A stretch of 64,000 nucleotides of DNA from an uncultured Microthrixaceae bacterium (GTDB lineage: Bacteria; Actinomycetota; Acidimicrobiia; Acidimicrobiales; VFJN01). The DNA lies in the NCBI GenBank assembly GCA_963795165.1, contig CAWCGT010000001.1:577168-641167 (forward strand), written 5' to 3'. The position numbers and the translations under genes are program-made. The notes under the pieces were generated by a model. The model was not told the DNA's origin. It made no database searches and worked only from the letters and a program-made list of their open reading frames with translations. Shown here in pieces: positions 21,002-29,020 of the stretch (positions are counted from its first letter, which is position 1; each line of letters opens with the position of its first letter).

Positions 21002-21898
21002 ATGCTCGGCGTCGAGCTCGGCGACCGGGAGGCCGATCTCCTGCGCCGCATGGCCCGCCCGTACGACCCGATCCGGGTCATCGCGGCCCTGCTCGGGCTG
21101 CCCAGCCGGGCCAGCCCGCCAGCTGGTCGGGGCGGTGCTGGCCACCAGCGACGAGGCGGAGGACCTCCTCGACGCCATGCCCACCATCGTGCGCTCCCTG
21201 GCCATCGCCACCACCGACCGGCCCGAGCGGTGCGTCGGCGAGCCTCCGAGGCCCGGTGCTCTGGGCGCGAGACGATGTCCGCCCGGTCGGCGTCGGCCGG
21301 CGACCCCGGCCTGTTCGTGTGCGCCACCACCGCCAAGGCCTACGACACCGACGAGAACCGGGTGCTGAAGGCCGCCCTCGACACCATTCGGCGGGCCGGG
21401 CGGGACGCCGAGCACGGGATGGACGGCTACAGCGACGACGTGATCCGGCGGGCCCGGCACAACGGGCATCGGGCCGCCCACCTGGTCGAGCACCAGACCC
21501 TCTCCCAGGTGCCGGTTGCCCGCATCGACCGGTCGGATGCTCCGCCGGACGCGAGCCGGGCAGCCGGCGACACACCTACGCACCGGCCATCGCCGTCCTG
21601 CAACGGGCCAACGAGCCGGTGGGCGCTGACCATCTGGGCGCCTTCGCCGACGTCGAGACCCTTGCTCAGCACGACCTGCTGGCCGCCGTCTTGCGCCTGG
21701 TCGAGGAGCGCACGGGCGAGCCGAGCCGGCTCCGGAGCGACCACGGCGGGCTCTCGTCAGGGGTGGTGACCTTCCACCACCCCGGACGTCGCCACGACCA
21801 CCGCCACGTCGACGGCATCCGAGTGGGCGCAACGGTGCTCGATGTGCGGGCGGAGCCCGATGACGTGGTCAGCGACGGTGCGCGCCGCCGTGCCCTGA
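21002..21898 (+). CDS. McrC/DUF2357-like partner protein; frame changes as read, 3' end approximate
   Basis: It starts 4 nt after the NTPase stop. The block [34 protein letters not shown] (ORF 21002..21769) resembles the conserved McrC-family block. Other pieces lie in ORFs 17889..21368 and 21256..23241. No clear PD-(D/E)xK motif was found. Confidence 0.4.
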
Positions 21899-21903
21899 GG
21901 CGA

Positions 21904-22140
21904 TCAGTCCTCGTCGTCAGCCGGTTCGTCGTCGAGGGCGCCGTACTTCCGCGCCAGGGCGGCGTACTCGTCGTCGTCATCGTCGACGTCGCTGTCGGTG
22001 GGGTCGGACCGGGTCGGCTCACTGAAGAGGAAGTCCGGTCCCGACTGCTTGAGCTTGCGCGCTTCTTCGAAGCGGCGATGGCGTCCCTTCTTCACGGAAC
22101 GGCTCCCGAGGCTCGCAGGGGTGAAGTGGATGGTCACCAT
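21904..22140 (-). CDS. small basic-N/acidic-C hypothetical protein (DUF3073-like?)
   Basis: These are the last 78 codons of ORF 21904..22920(-), from ATG 22140. The sequence is ...[23 protein letters not shown]...[30 protein letters not shown]. The family assignment is tentative. Confidence 0.45.
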   Translation of the reverse strand: MVTIHFTPASLGSRSVKKGRHRRFEEARKLKQSGPDFLFSEPTRSDPTDSDVDDDDDEYAALARKYGALDDEPADDED

Positions 22141-22180
22141 AGCGCGGGGCACCCCCGATCGCGCACCCGGGCCATGACCG

Positions 22181-22186
22181 TAGGCT
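22181..22186 (+). promoter_or_regulatory. putative -10 box (TAGGCT) for a leaderless GH13 gene
   Basis: A TAnnnT hexamer lies 7 nt upstream of GTG 22194. Confidence 0.3.
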
Positions 22187-22193
22187 TCGGTCC

Positions 22194-23737
22194 GTGCCGA
22201 CCCCCGACCCGCTCCCCTGGTGGCGATCGGGCGTCGTGTACCAGGTCTACCCCCGCTCCTTTGCCGACTCCACCGGCGACGGGGTCGGCGACTTGGAGGG
22301 CGTCCGGCGGCGGCTCGATCACCTGGCCGGGCTGGGCATCGACGCCGTCTGGCTGTCGCCCTTCTACCGCTCACCGATGGCCGACTTCGGCTACGACGTG
22401 GCCGACTTCTGCGATGTCGATCCCCTCTTCGGGGACCTGGCCGCGCTTCGACCGGCTGCTGGAGGATGCCCACGCACCGAGGGATCCGGGTGGTGGTCGA
22501 CCTGGTCCCCAACCACACCTCGGCCCAGCACCCGTGGTTCCAGGAGTCCCGGGCCGGGCGTGGGTCGGCGAAGCGCGACTGGTACGTGTGGCACGACGGG
22601 GGAGGGCCCGAACGGCCCCCCAACAACTGGAAGGACGCCTTCAGCGGCGGCGGCTCGGCCTGGACGTGGGACGAGCGCCACCGAGCAGTGGTACCTCCAC
22701 CAGTTCCTGCCCCGAGCAGCCAGACCTCAACTGGGCCAACCCTGCCGTGGTCGAGGCCATGCACGGGGTCATGCGGTTCTGGCTCGACCGTGGCGTCGAC
22801 GGGTTCCGGATCGACGTCGTGCACTGCATCGGTCGCGACCCGGCGTTCCCGGACGACCAAGCTCCGTGGGACGAGCTCCCGCACTGCGTCTCCAACGAGC
22901 ACGCCAGCACCCACGAGCACATCCGTGGGATGCGGCGCCTGGCCGACGAGCTACCCCGGCGACCGGGTCCTGATCGGCGAGACCGCCCTTCCCGGAACCC
23001 GGTGGGTGGCGCCCTACTACGGAGACGGCGACGAGCTGCACCTGGCCTTCAACTTCGCTGCCACCCACGCAGCGTGGGACGCCGACGCCTGGCGGACCCG
23101 GATCGCCCGGATCGAGGCGCTCCTCGACCCACGAGGGGCCTGGCCCACCTGGGTGCTGTCCAACCACGACATGCCCCGCCACCGCACCCGCCACGGTGGG
23201 TCCGAGGCCCGAGCGCGGCGCCGCCGCCGTGGCTCTCCTGACCCTGCGCGGGACCCCGTTCCTCTACGCCGGCGAGGAGCTGGGCCTCGAGGATGCCGTC
23301 GTCGCGCCCGAGCGGCAGGTCGACCCGGGCGGACGGGACGGTTGCCGCGCGCCGATCCCGTGGACCGCCGACCCGCCCCACGGCTGGGGCCCCACGCCCT
23401 GGCTCCCCTTCCCTCCCGACGTCGCGTCGCGAGCTGTGGAGGCCCAGGACTCCGATCCCACGTCCGTCCTCCACCTCTACCGGCGGCTCCTGGCCGCTCG
23501 CCGAGCCAGCCCAGCGCTGCACGAGGGCGACCAGGAGGTCCTCCCCACCAGCGGGTCGGTGCTGGGCTGGCGCCGCCGGACCGGCGACGACGAGCGCACC
23601 GTGCTGATCAACATGGGGCCGACGCCGGCCCGCGTGGAGGCGACCGGACGGTCGAGGTGTCGAGCGACGGAGAGGGCGAAGGACGGCCCTTCGAGGGAGC
23701 CCTGGCCGGCGACACCGCCGTGCTCCTCACTCCGTGA
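22194..23737 (+). CDS. GH13 alpha-glucosidase / oligo-1,6-glucosidase family; several frame changes as read
   Basis: Motifs are [45 protein letters not shown]..., [10 protein letters not shown] and [11 protein letters not shown], across ORFs 22194..22973, 22220..23737, 21256..23241 and 23196..23888. Confidence 0.8.
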
Positions 23738-24908
23738 GGCGGACCCCGGAGCGGGTCTCGAGCAGCAGCCGACCCTGATCGTCGACCGCCAGGGAGGCCT
23801 CGCCGGCCGCCAGCGCCCGGATGGGCTCCCCCACCACGTCGTGGCGCCACCCGTGGGACAGGCGACCGCCGTCGCCCATCAGCAGTGACTCGATGTCGGC
23901 ACGGGTGGCCAGCAGCGCGGCGTCGATCGCCAGGTCACGAGCCCGCTGGGCAGCCCAGGCACTCACCAGCGAGGCCGCCGCTCGACGGCTGCGGTCCACA
24001 CCCTCGCTGGGCGGGACCTCCACCTGCTCGAGCGGCAGCTCGAGGCCTTCGGCCACCACCGCCAGGAGCTCGCGGCCGGCGCTGCCCTTGCGCTTGCCGT
24101 CGTCGAGGCCCCGGACGCGCCGTAGGTCCTCCTCGGTGGCCGGTGGTCGCTGGGCCATCGCCACCAGGGCCAGGTCGGCCAAGAGGAAGCGCACGGGCCG
24201 GTCAACCTCCGCCGCCTTGCGCTCGCGCCACGCGGCCAGCGTCTGGGCCACCGCGGCGGGCCGACCCCGGAGGGAGCGGGCCTCCTTGATGCGCCACCAC
24301 GCCCGATCAGGGACCTGTCCGCTGGTGGGTCGGGTGCGGACCACCTCGCACTCGTCCTCGGCCCACTGGCGACGACCCCGCCCCTCCAGCTGGTCCACCA
24401 GGCGGTCGTGGAGCTCGTGCAGGTGGGCCACGTCGGATGCGGCGTAGGTGACCGCCCCTTCCGGCAGCGGACGGGCGAGCCAGTCGGTGAGGCGATCGGC
24501 CTTCGGCAGCTTGACCTGCAGCTCGCCCTGGGCGAGGCCGGCCAAGCCCACGCTGCTGTACCCGACGAACCCGGCGGCCACCTGCGTGTCGAAGAGGCGG
24601 CTGGGCAGGGTCCCGCACACCCGCATGAGGATCTCGAGGTCCTGGCTGGCGGCGTGCATGAGGCACAGCCCCGGGCCGGCCAGCACCTTCGCCAGGGGTG
24701 CCACGTCGACGGCCAGCGGGTCGACGACGGCCAGCCCCCCGGGCCAGGAGAGCTGCAGCAGCGCCAACCGGGCGTGGTAGGTGCGTTCCCGATGGAACTC
24801 GGTGTCGAGCCCGTAGGCCTCGACGCCGGCGAGGAGGTCGACCAGGTCGGCGAACGCCGCGTCGTCGGCAACCCAGCGGTGGGCGTCCCCGGTGCCGGCG
24901 GCGCTCAC
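23727..24908 (-). CDS. rnd: ribonuclease D (DEDD exonuclease + HRDC)
   Basis: ORF 23727..24959(-), intact. Motifs are [19 protein letters not shown] and YAASDVAHL, followed by an HRDC-like region. GTG at 24908 overlaps the upstream stop (GTGA). Confidence 0.85.
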   Translation of the reverse strand: MSAAGTGDAHRWVADDAAFADLVDLLAGVEAYGLDTEFHRERTYHARLALLQLSWPGGLAVVDPLAVDVAPLAKVLAGPGLCLMHAASQDLEILMRVCGTLPSRLFDTQVAAGFVGYSSVGLAGLAQGELQVKLPKADRLTDWLARPLPEGAVTYAASDVAHLHELHDRLVDQLEGRGRRQWAEDECEVVRTRPTSGQVPDRAWWRIKEARSLRGRPAAVAQTLAAWRERKAAEVDRPVRFLLADLALVAMAQRPPATEEDLRRVRGLDDGKRKGSAGRELLAVVAEGLELPLEQVEVPPSEGVDRSRRAAASLVSAWAAQRARDLAIDAALLATRADIESLLMGDGGRLSHGWRHDVVGEPIRALAAGEASLAVDDQGRLLLETRSGVRLTE

Positions 24909-25822
24909 GCGCTGCCGGCCCCGCTCCCGCCCTCGGTGGGGAGACCGGCGTCGATCCATCCGAGGGTGCCGCCAGCCACGTTCACCGCGTCGATCCCCTG
25001 GCTCCGATAGTGCTCCACCGCCTTGGCGCTGCGGCCGCCTCGCGCGCAGACGACGTACACGGTCCCCTCGCGGGGGACCTCGTCGAGACGGTCGGGAACC
25101 TGGCCCAGGGGGATGTGCTGCGCGCCGGGCACGTGGACCTCGGCGTACTCGTCGTCCTCCCGCACATCGATCACTGGCGCGCCGGCGGCCTGCAGGCTCG
25201 AGAGCTGGGCCACGTCGACCTCGGGGATCTCCATCGCGGAGGAGGCTACCCGGGTCCCGGGCGTGCCAAGCATGTCACCAGGTGCGTCGGCGTCAGCGAC
25301 CATGTCGGGCGAGATGTGGCGGACGGCCAGCACCGGCAGGCCGTCCGCAGCCCGGCGGAGCGAGCGAATGCCCGCCGCCCAGGCAGCGGACAGGCCCTTC
25401 GCCGCCTCGGGACGCCACAGGGCGTGACCCCACTGGTGGTGCCCGTCGGTGAAGGGCACGGCGCCCACCGTCCCGTCCTCCGCCTCGCGCAGCGCGTCGA
25501 CGAGCGCGGTGATGGCGGCCGGGTCGGGTCGAAGGAGATCGCACGCCAGCACGGCGACGGGGTCTCCGGGCAGGGCGGCCAGCGCCGTGCGGGTGGCGGC
25601 CAGCGGTCCCGCACTCGGTTCGTCGTCGGCCACCACCTCCAGCCCCAGGGCCCCGAGGGCCGTTGCGTCACCCCCGATGGCCACCACGGGGTTCGCCCCG
25701 GCGCGGCGCAGTGCCTGGGCCACCCGGAGTGCCATGGGGGTCCCCTCGACGCGGAGAAGGGCCTTGTCGGTGCCCATGCGTCGGCTCCGCCCACCGCAGA
25801 GGACGGCTCCCGACAGGGTCAT
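24905..25822 (-). CDS. mobA: MobA (molybdenum cofactor guanylyltransferase) fused in frame to a rhodanese domain
   Basis: 3' 305 codons of ORF 24905..26092(-). The MobA signature is MTLSGAVLCGGRSRRMGTDKALL. With no intervening stop, MEIPEVDV...VYVVCARGGRSAKA follows (rhodanese CxxGxRS active-site loop). Confidence 0.7.
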   Translation of the reverse strand: MTLSGAVLCGGRSRRMGTDKALLRVEGTPMALRVAQALRRAGANPVVAIGGDATALGALGLEVVADDEPSAGPLAATRTALAALPGDPVAVLACDLLRPDPAAITALVDALREAEDGTVGAVPFTDGHHQWGHALWRPEAAKGLSAAWAAGIRSLRRAADGLPVLAVRHISPDMVADADAPGDMLGTPGTRVASSAMEIPEVDVAQLSSLQAAGAPVIDVREDDEYAEVHVPGAQHIPLGQVPDRLDEVPREGTVYVVCARGGRSAKAVEHYRSQGIDAVNVAGGTLGWIDAGLPTEGGSGAGSA

Positions 25823-26256
25823 CCCAGGTCGGGGGGCGGCCAGGCGGGGTCGAGCTGGCGCAGGAACTGTCCGCAGCGCTCCGCCTCGTCCGCCTCGCCG
25901 ATCTGGGCTGCGCACCGCTGCAACCCGGCGAGAGCCCGGAGGAACCCCCGGTTGGTCGGATGCGACCAGCGGACGTAGCCGCTGCCCCGCCAGCCGTTGG
26001 CGCGCAGGGTGTCGAGGCCCCGGTGGTACCCCACCCGGTACGCGGCGTAGCGCTCGACGACGTCGCGGCCGGCATCGCCGAGGTCGGCCCACGCCGTCAA
26101 CGACCGGGGCCAGCGAGCCACCACCTCGGCAACGGCGCTGCGGTGGTCCTCGCCGGCGCGCTGGTGCGCGTCGACGAGGGCGGCCTGGAGGGCGTCGGGC
26201 TCGGCGGCGATCACCGTCTCGGGCGGGCCGGAGCGGCTGAGGCTGACCTCGGACAT
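25819..26256 (-). CDS. DUF3151-like conserved actinobacterial protein
   Basis: ORF 25819..26256(-), intact. The block AAYRVGYHRGLDTLRANGWRGSGYVRWSHPTNRGFLRAL matches my memory of the DUF3151 core. Its stop overlaps the mobA start. Confidence 0.6.
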   Translation of the reverse strand: MSEVSLSRSGPPETVIAAEPDALQAALVDAHQRAGEDHRSAVAEVVARWPRSLTAWADLGDAGRDVVERYAAYRVGYHRGLDTLRANGWRGSGYVRWSHPTNRGFLRALAGLQRCAAQIGEADEAERCGQFLRQLDPAWPPPDLG

Positions 26257-26266
26257 GCAGGCGAAC

Positions 26267-27181
26267 CTACTGCCCGGTCTGCGGAACGTCCTTGGAGGCC
26301 GCCTCGACAGGCCGGTCGTCGGCAGGCAGCGGGCCCTGGTCGTCGACGGTCCCCTCCAGGAACCGGTCGGTGGCGGCGTAGGCGGCCCGGATCATCTCGG
26401 CACTGTGGGTGAAGTCGTTGAACCGCAGCGACTGGGGCTGACCGGTGGGCAGGACGATGGCCTCCACGCCGTCGGGGAGGGTCTCGAGATCGCGCTTGAA
26501 GCGGTGGTGGCGGGCCAGCCAGTAGGCCTGCACGGCGACGTCGAGCGGCCGCTTGGGCTCGGGTCGGGGGCGATCGATCGTGCCGCAGTGCAGGACGTAG
26601 ATGGTGCGGGCACCGAGGGCGACGGCGCGGCTGATGGGCACGTCGTTCACGACGGCGCCGTCGAGGTAGCGGACACCGTCGATGGTGACGGCGGGGAGCA
26701 CGGCGGGGAGGGCCGCTGACGCCAGGATGGGCTCCACGACGGGCCCTGACGCGAACCAGGCCTCCCGGACGCCCTCGACGTCGGTGGCCACGCATTGGAA
26801 GGGGATCGCCACCTCCTCGAAGGTGGACACCTTGGCCATCCCGGAGATGAGGCCGCGGAGCCGGTCGTTGCTGTGGATGGCCTCACCGCGGCGAGCCAGG
26901 GCCACGGCGTTGGGCAGCCACCCCGACGGGAAGACGGCGTCGTTCTCCAGGCCCCTCCACAGCTCTTCGAGCCGTGCCACTCCGGAGATGGTCGGCTCTT
27001 GGGCGTAGGCCAGCCCGTTGATGGCCCCGATGGAGCAGCCCAGCACCAGCTCCGGTCGGATCTCGTGCTCCACCAGGGCACGGAGCATCCCCACCTGCAC
27101 GGCGCCGTGGTTCCCTCCCCCGGAGAGCACCACGGCCACCGGGCCGCTGCGTCGCAGCAGCAGGTCGAGCAGCTTCCCCAT
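26267..27181 (-). CDS. patatin-like phospholipase
   Basis: ORF 26267..27181(-), intact. Oxyanion motif SGGGNHG, nucleophile GCSIG (GxSxG) and catalytic Asp in YLDGAVVND. Confidence 0.85.
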   Translation of the reverse strand: MGKLLDLLLRRSGPVAVVLSGGGNHGAVQVGMLRALVEHEIRPELVLGCSIGAINGLAYAQEPTISGVARLEELWRGLENDAVFPSGWLPNAVALARRGEAIHSNDRLRGLISGMAKVSTFEEVAIPFQCVATDVEGVREAWFASGPVVEPILASAALPAVLPAVTIDGVRYLDGAVVNDVPISRAVALGARTIYVLHCGTIDRPRPEPKRPLDVAVQAYWLARHHRFKRDLETLPDGVEAIVLPTGQPQSLRFNDFTHSAEMIRAAYAATDRFLEGTVDDQGPLPADDRPVEAASKDVPQTGQ

Positions 27182-27190
27182 GGCCGGGCG

Positions 27191-27200
27191 AGGGTACCCT
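27191..27200. promoter_or_regulatory. 10-bp palindrome AGGGTACCCT giving a TACCCT -10 box on both strands
   Basis: The + strand TACCCT lies 6 nt before GTG 27207. The - strand TACCCT lies 9 nt before ATG 27181. The intergenic region is 25 nt. Confidence 0.35.
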
Positions 27201-27206
27201 CAGCGG

Positions 27207-27470
27207 GTGACACTCGCCGCCGCTCCGGCCTGGTTCGCGGACAACGTGGCGCAGATCGCGCTGGTCACCCTGGTGGTGGCCACGGTGCTCGTCATCCGTC
27301 TCGTGCAGAAGGCCACCCTCCGGCTGGCCCTGGTGGCGGTGATCGCCGTGGTCGCCCTGGTCGTGTGGGTCAACCGGGCGCCACTGCAGGTCTGCGCTCG
27401 AACCTGCGAGTGCCAGATCGCCGACCGCGACATCACCGTCCCCCTCTGCAACCCCGACATCGAGCTCTGA
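27207..27470 (+). CDS. small membrane protein (2 TM) with Cys-rich tail
   Basis: 3' part of ORF 27018..27470 from GTG 27207. It reads VAQIALVTLVVATVLVI, LALVAVIAVVALVVWV, then CARTCECQIADRDITVPLCNPD. Confidence 0.4.
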   Translation: MTLAAAPAWFADNVAQIALVTLVVATVLVIRLVQKATLRLALVAVIAVVALVVWVNRAPLQVCARTCECQIADRDITVPLCNPDIEL

Positions 27471-27491
27471 CCCCACCCAACACCGTCAGCC

Positions 27492-27530
27492 TGTGGTGGA
27501 TCCGTTTCAAAACGACATGGATTCGCCACA
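27492..27530. terminator. 12-bp hairpin between convergent genes (AT-richest spot of the window)
   Basis: TGTGGTGGATCC and GGATTCGCCACA pair over 12 bp (two G-U pairs in RNA) around the 15-nt loop GTTTCAAAACGACAT. The hairpin lies between the ends of 27207..27470(+) and 27578..28357(-). Confidence 0.4.
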
Positions 27531-27537
27531 AGCTGCG

Positions 27538-27583
27538 GGGGGGGGTCAGCGGCGGGGGGGGTCAGCGGCGGGGGGGGTCAGCC
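27538..27583. repeat. 16-nt tandem repeat GGGGGGGGTCAGCGGC, about 2.9 copies
   Basis: Read directly: G-runs at 27537-45, 27554-61 and 27570-77, each followed by TCAGC. The three TCA triplets (27546, 27562, 27578) terminate three different minus-strand ORFs in the track (27546.., 27562.., 27578..). Confidence 0.8.
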
Positions 27584-28357
27584 GGTGACGGTGCCTGGGC
27601 GGCGGGGAGCGAGGGCGGCGGTGTGGCGGACCAGGTCGGCCAGGGCAGCCGGGTGGCTGAGGTGGACCCCGTGGCTGGCCCCGTCGACCACGTGCAGCTC
27701 GCCGTGCGGGGCAGCGTCGGCCAGCGCTCTGGCCGCTTCCTGGTGGTGGGGACGCGACCGGCTCCCGTGCGCGGCCACGACGGGCATGGCGAGCCGCGCC
27801 GGGTCGTAGGGCGCCGGGGCCGGCGGGCGGATCGACCGCAGCTCGGCCACCAGGGCCGGCCCCTCGTGGCGCCGCTGGGCGCGGGTGTGCTGCGGCAGGG
27901 CCTCCCACCGTTCGTCCCCCACCATGCGGCGCATGAACCGCTCGGCCGCGTCGCCCGGGTCGCCATCCACGGTCGTGGCGGCACTCCCGGCCGTGCTGCT
28001 GGGCCACCAGCTGGCCCAGGGGACGGGCGCCTCATAGGCGAGCACAGCCGGGGCCAGATCGGGCCACCGCTGGGCGAAGGCCAGGGCCACGACCCCACCG
28101 AGGCTGTGGCCCACCAGCACCGACGCCCGGTCGGCGACGACCTGGGCCAGGTCGTCGACCTGGTCCTGGAGGTCAGGCGCCGTCCCCGCTCCCAGCGACT
28201 TCCCGTAGCCCCGGCGGTCGTAGCGGACCAGGTCCCACCCGTCGAGCAGGCGCATGGTGCGCAGGAAGGCGGTGCTGCGGTCGAGCGAGCCGTGGACGAA
28301 CACCACCCGAGGCGCGCCAGTGTCGCCCGGCTGCGCAGCAACGAAGAGGTCACCCAC
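27578..28357 (-). CDS. alpha/beta-fold hydrolase
   Basis: ORF 27578..28408(-), intact. Motifs are VVFVHGSLD, the nucleophile elbow GHSLGG, and a C-terminal HGVHLSHP. I prefer GTG 28357 (preceded by TAGCGT, 8 nt spacing) over ATG 28408, which would overlap the divergent gene. Confidence 0.8.
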   Translation of the reverse strand: MGDLFVAAQPGDTGAPRVVFVHGSLDRSTAFLRTMRLLDGWDLVRYDRRGYGKSLGAGTAPDLQDQVDDLAQVVADRASVLVGHSLGGVVALAFAQRWPDLAPAVLAYEAPVPWASWWPSSTAGSAATTVDGDPGDAAERFMRRMVGDERWEALPQHTRAQRRHEGPALVAELRSIRPPAPAPYDPARLAMPVVAAHGSRSRPHHQEAARALADAAPHGELHVVDGASHGVHLSHPAALADLVRHTAALAPRRPGTVTG

Positions 28358-28384
28358 CGCGGGGCACGCTAGAACGCTGGGCCC

Positions 28385-28957
28385 ATGGAGCTCCTCCTCA
28401 TCCGCCACGCCCTACCCGTCCGGGTGGACGAGGGAACCACCGACGGTCCCGCCGATCCGCCGCTCGCTGATCTTGGACGGCGTCAGGCCGACGCCCTGGC
28501 CGAGTGGCTGGCCAGCGAGGCGATCGACGCCCTCTGGACCAGCCCGATGCGCCGAGCCCTCGAGACGGCAGCGCCGGTGGCCTCCCGCCTCGGGCTGACC
28601 CCAGTCGTCGACGAGGGGCTCGCAGAGTACGACCGCGACGCCGCCAGCTACATCCCCATCGAGGAGCTCAAGGCGGCCGGCGACCCTCGCTGGAACCAGG
28701 TGCCCGAGCGGCCCGAGCACTTCGCGGGTGTGGTGGTCGACACCGTCGAGCGCCTGGTGCGGGCCCACCCTCGACAGCGGGTGGCGGTGGTCTGCCACGG
28801 CGGCGTCATCAATGCCTACACCGGCCACGTCCTCCGCCTGGACCAACCTCTGTTCTTCCTGCCCGCCTACACCTCGATCAGCCGGGTGCTGGCAGCGGGT
28901 TCCGGCCAGCGCAGCATCGGGTCGCTCAACGAGGCGGCGCACCTGCGCCACGTGTGA
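28385..28957 (+). CDS. histidine phosphatase (phosphoglycerate-mutase-like) family protein
   Basis: ORF 28385..28957, intact. The RH motif is LLLIRHALP, followed by SPMRRALETA and VCHGGVINA. Confidence 0.8.
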   Translation: MELLLIRHALPVRVDEGTTDGPADPPLADLGRRQADALAEWLASEAIDALWTSPMRRALETAAPVASRLGLTPVVDEGLAEYDRDAASYIPIEELKAAGDPRWNQVPERPEHFAGVVVDTVERLVRAHPRQRVAVVCHGGVINAYTGHVLRLDQPLFFLPAYTSISRVLAAGSGQRSIGSLNEAAHLRHV

Positions 28958-28970
28958 CGCCGGGCGCGGC

Positions 28971-29000
28971 GAGGGGTCGGTCCCCCCGAACCGACCCCTC
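28971..29000. terminator. perfect 11-bp GC-rich hairpin between convergent genes
   Basis: GAGGGGTCGGT, loop CCCCCCGA, then ACCGACCCCTC. It lies 14 nt after the + gene stop and 21 nt before the minus gene stop. There is no U-tract. Confidence 0.5.
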
Positions 29001-29020
29001 GAGCACACCCATTGTCTACC

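Noticed and set aside
17889-21368. A 1159-aa plus-strand ORF spanning the LOG, Cys-rich and McrB-like genes
   Set aside because: Most of its translation is Arg/Pro/Ala-rich off-frame sequence. Only short segments coincide with real gene frames. It reflects stop-codon poverty in GC-rich DNA plus frame switches.
19299-22140. A genomic island or mobile element carrying the McrB-like pair
   Set aside because: I saw no integrase, transposase, tRNA, flanking direct repeats or obvious compositional shift by eye. The neighbours are ordinary metabolic genes.
27537-27586. A possible CRISPR array, because of regularly spaced repeats
   Set aside because: The unit is only 16 nt and the copies are directly adjacent with no spacers. 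There are fewer than three full copies and no cas genes nearby. It is a simple tandem repeat.
28385-28408. A 24-nt head-to-head overlap of the hydrolase and histidine-phosphatase coding regions
   Set aside because: The overlap is resolved by using the in-frame GTG at 28357 for the hydrolase. That start has a TAGCGT hexamer 8 nt upstream and leaves a typical short N-terminus before the VVFVHG strand.
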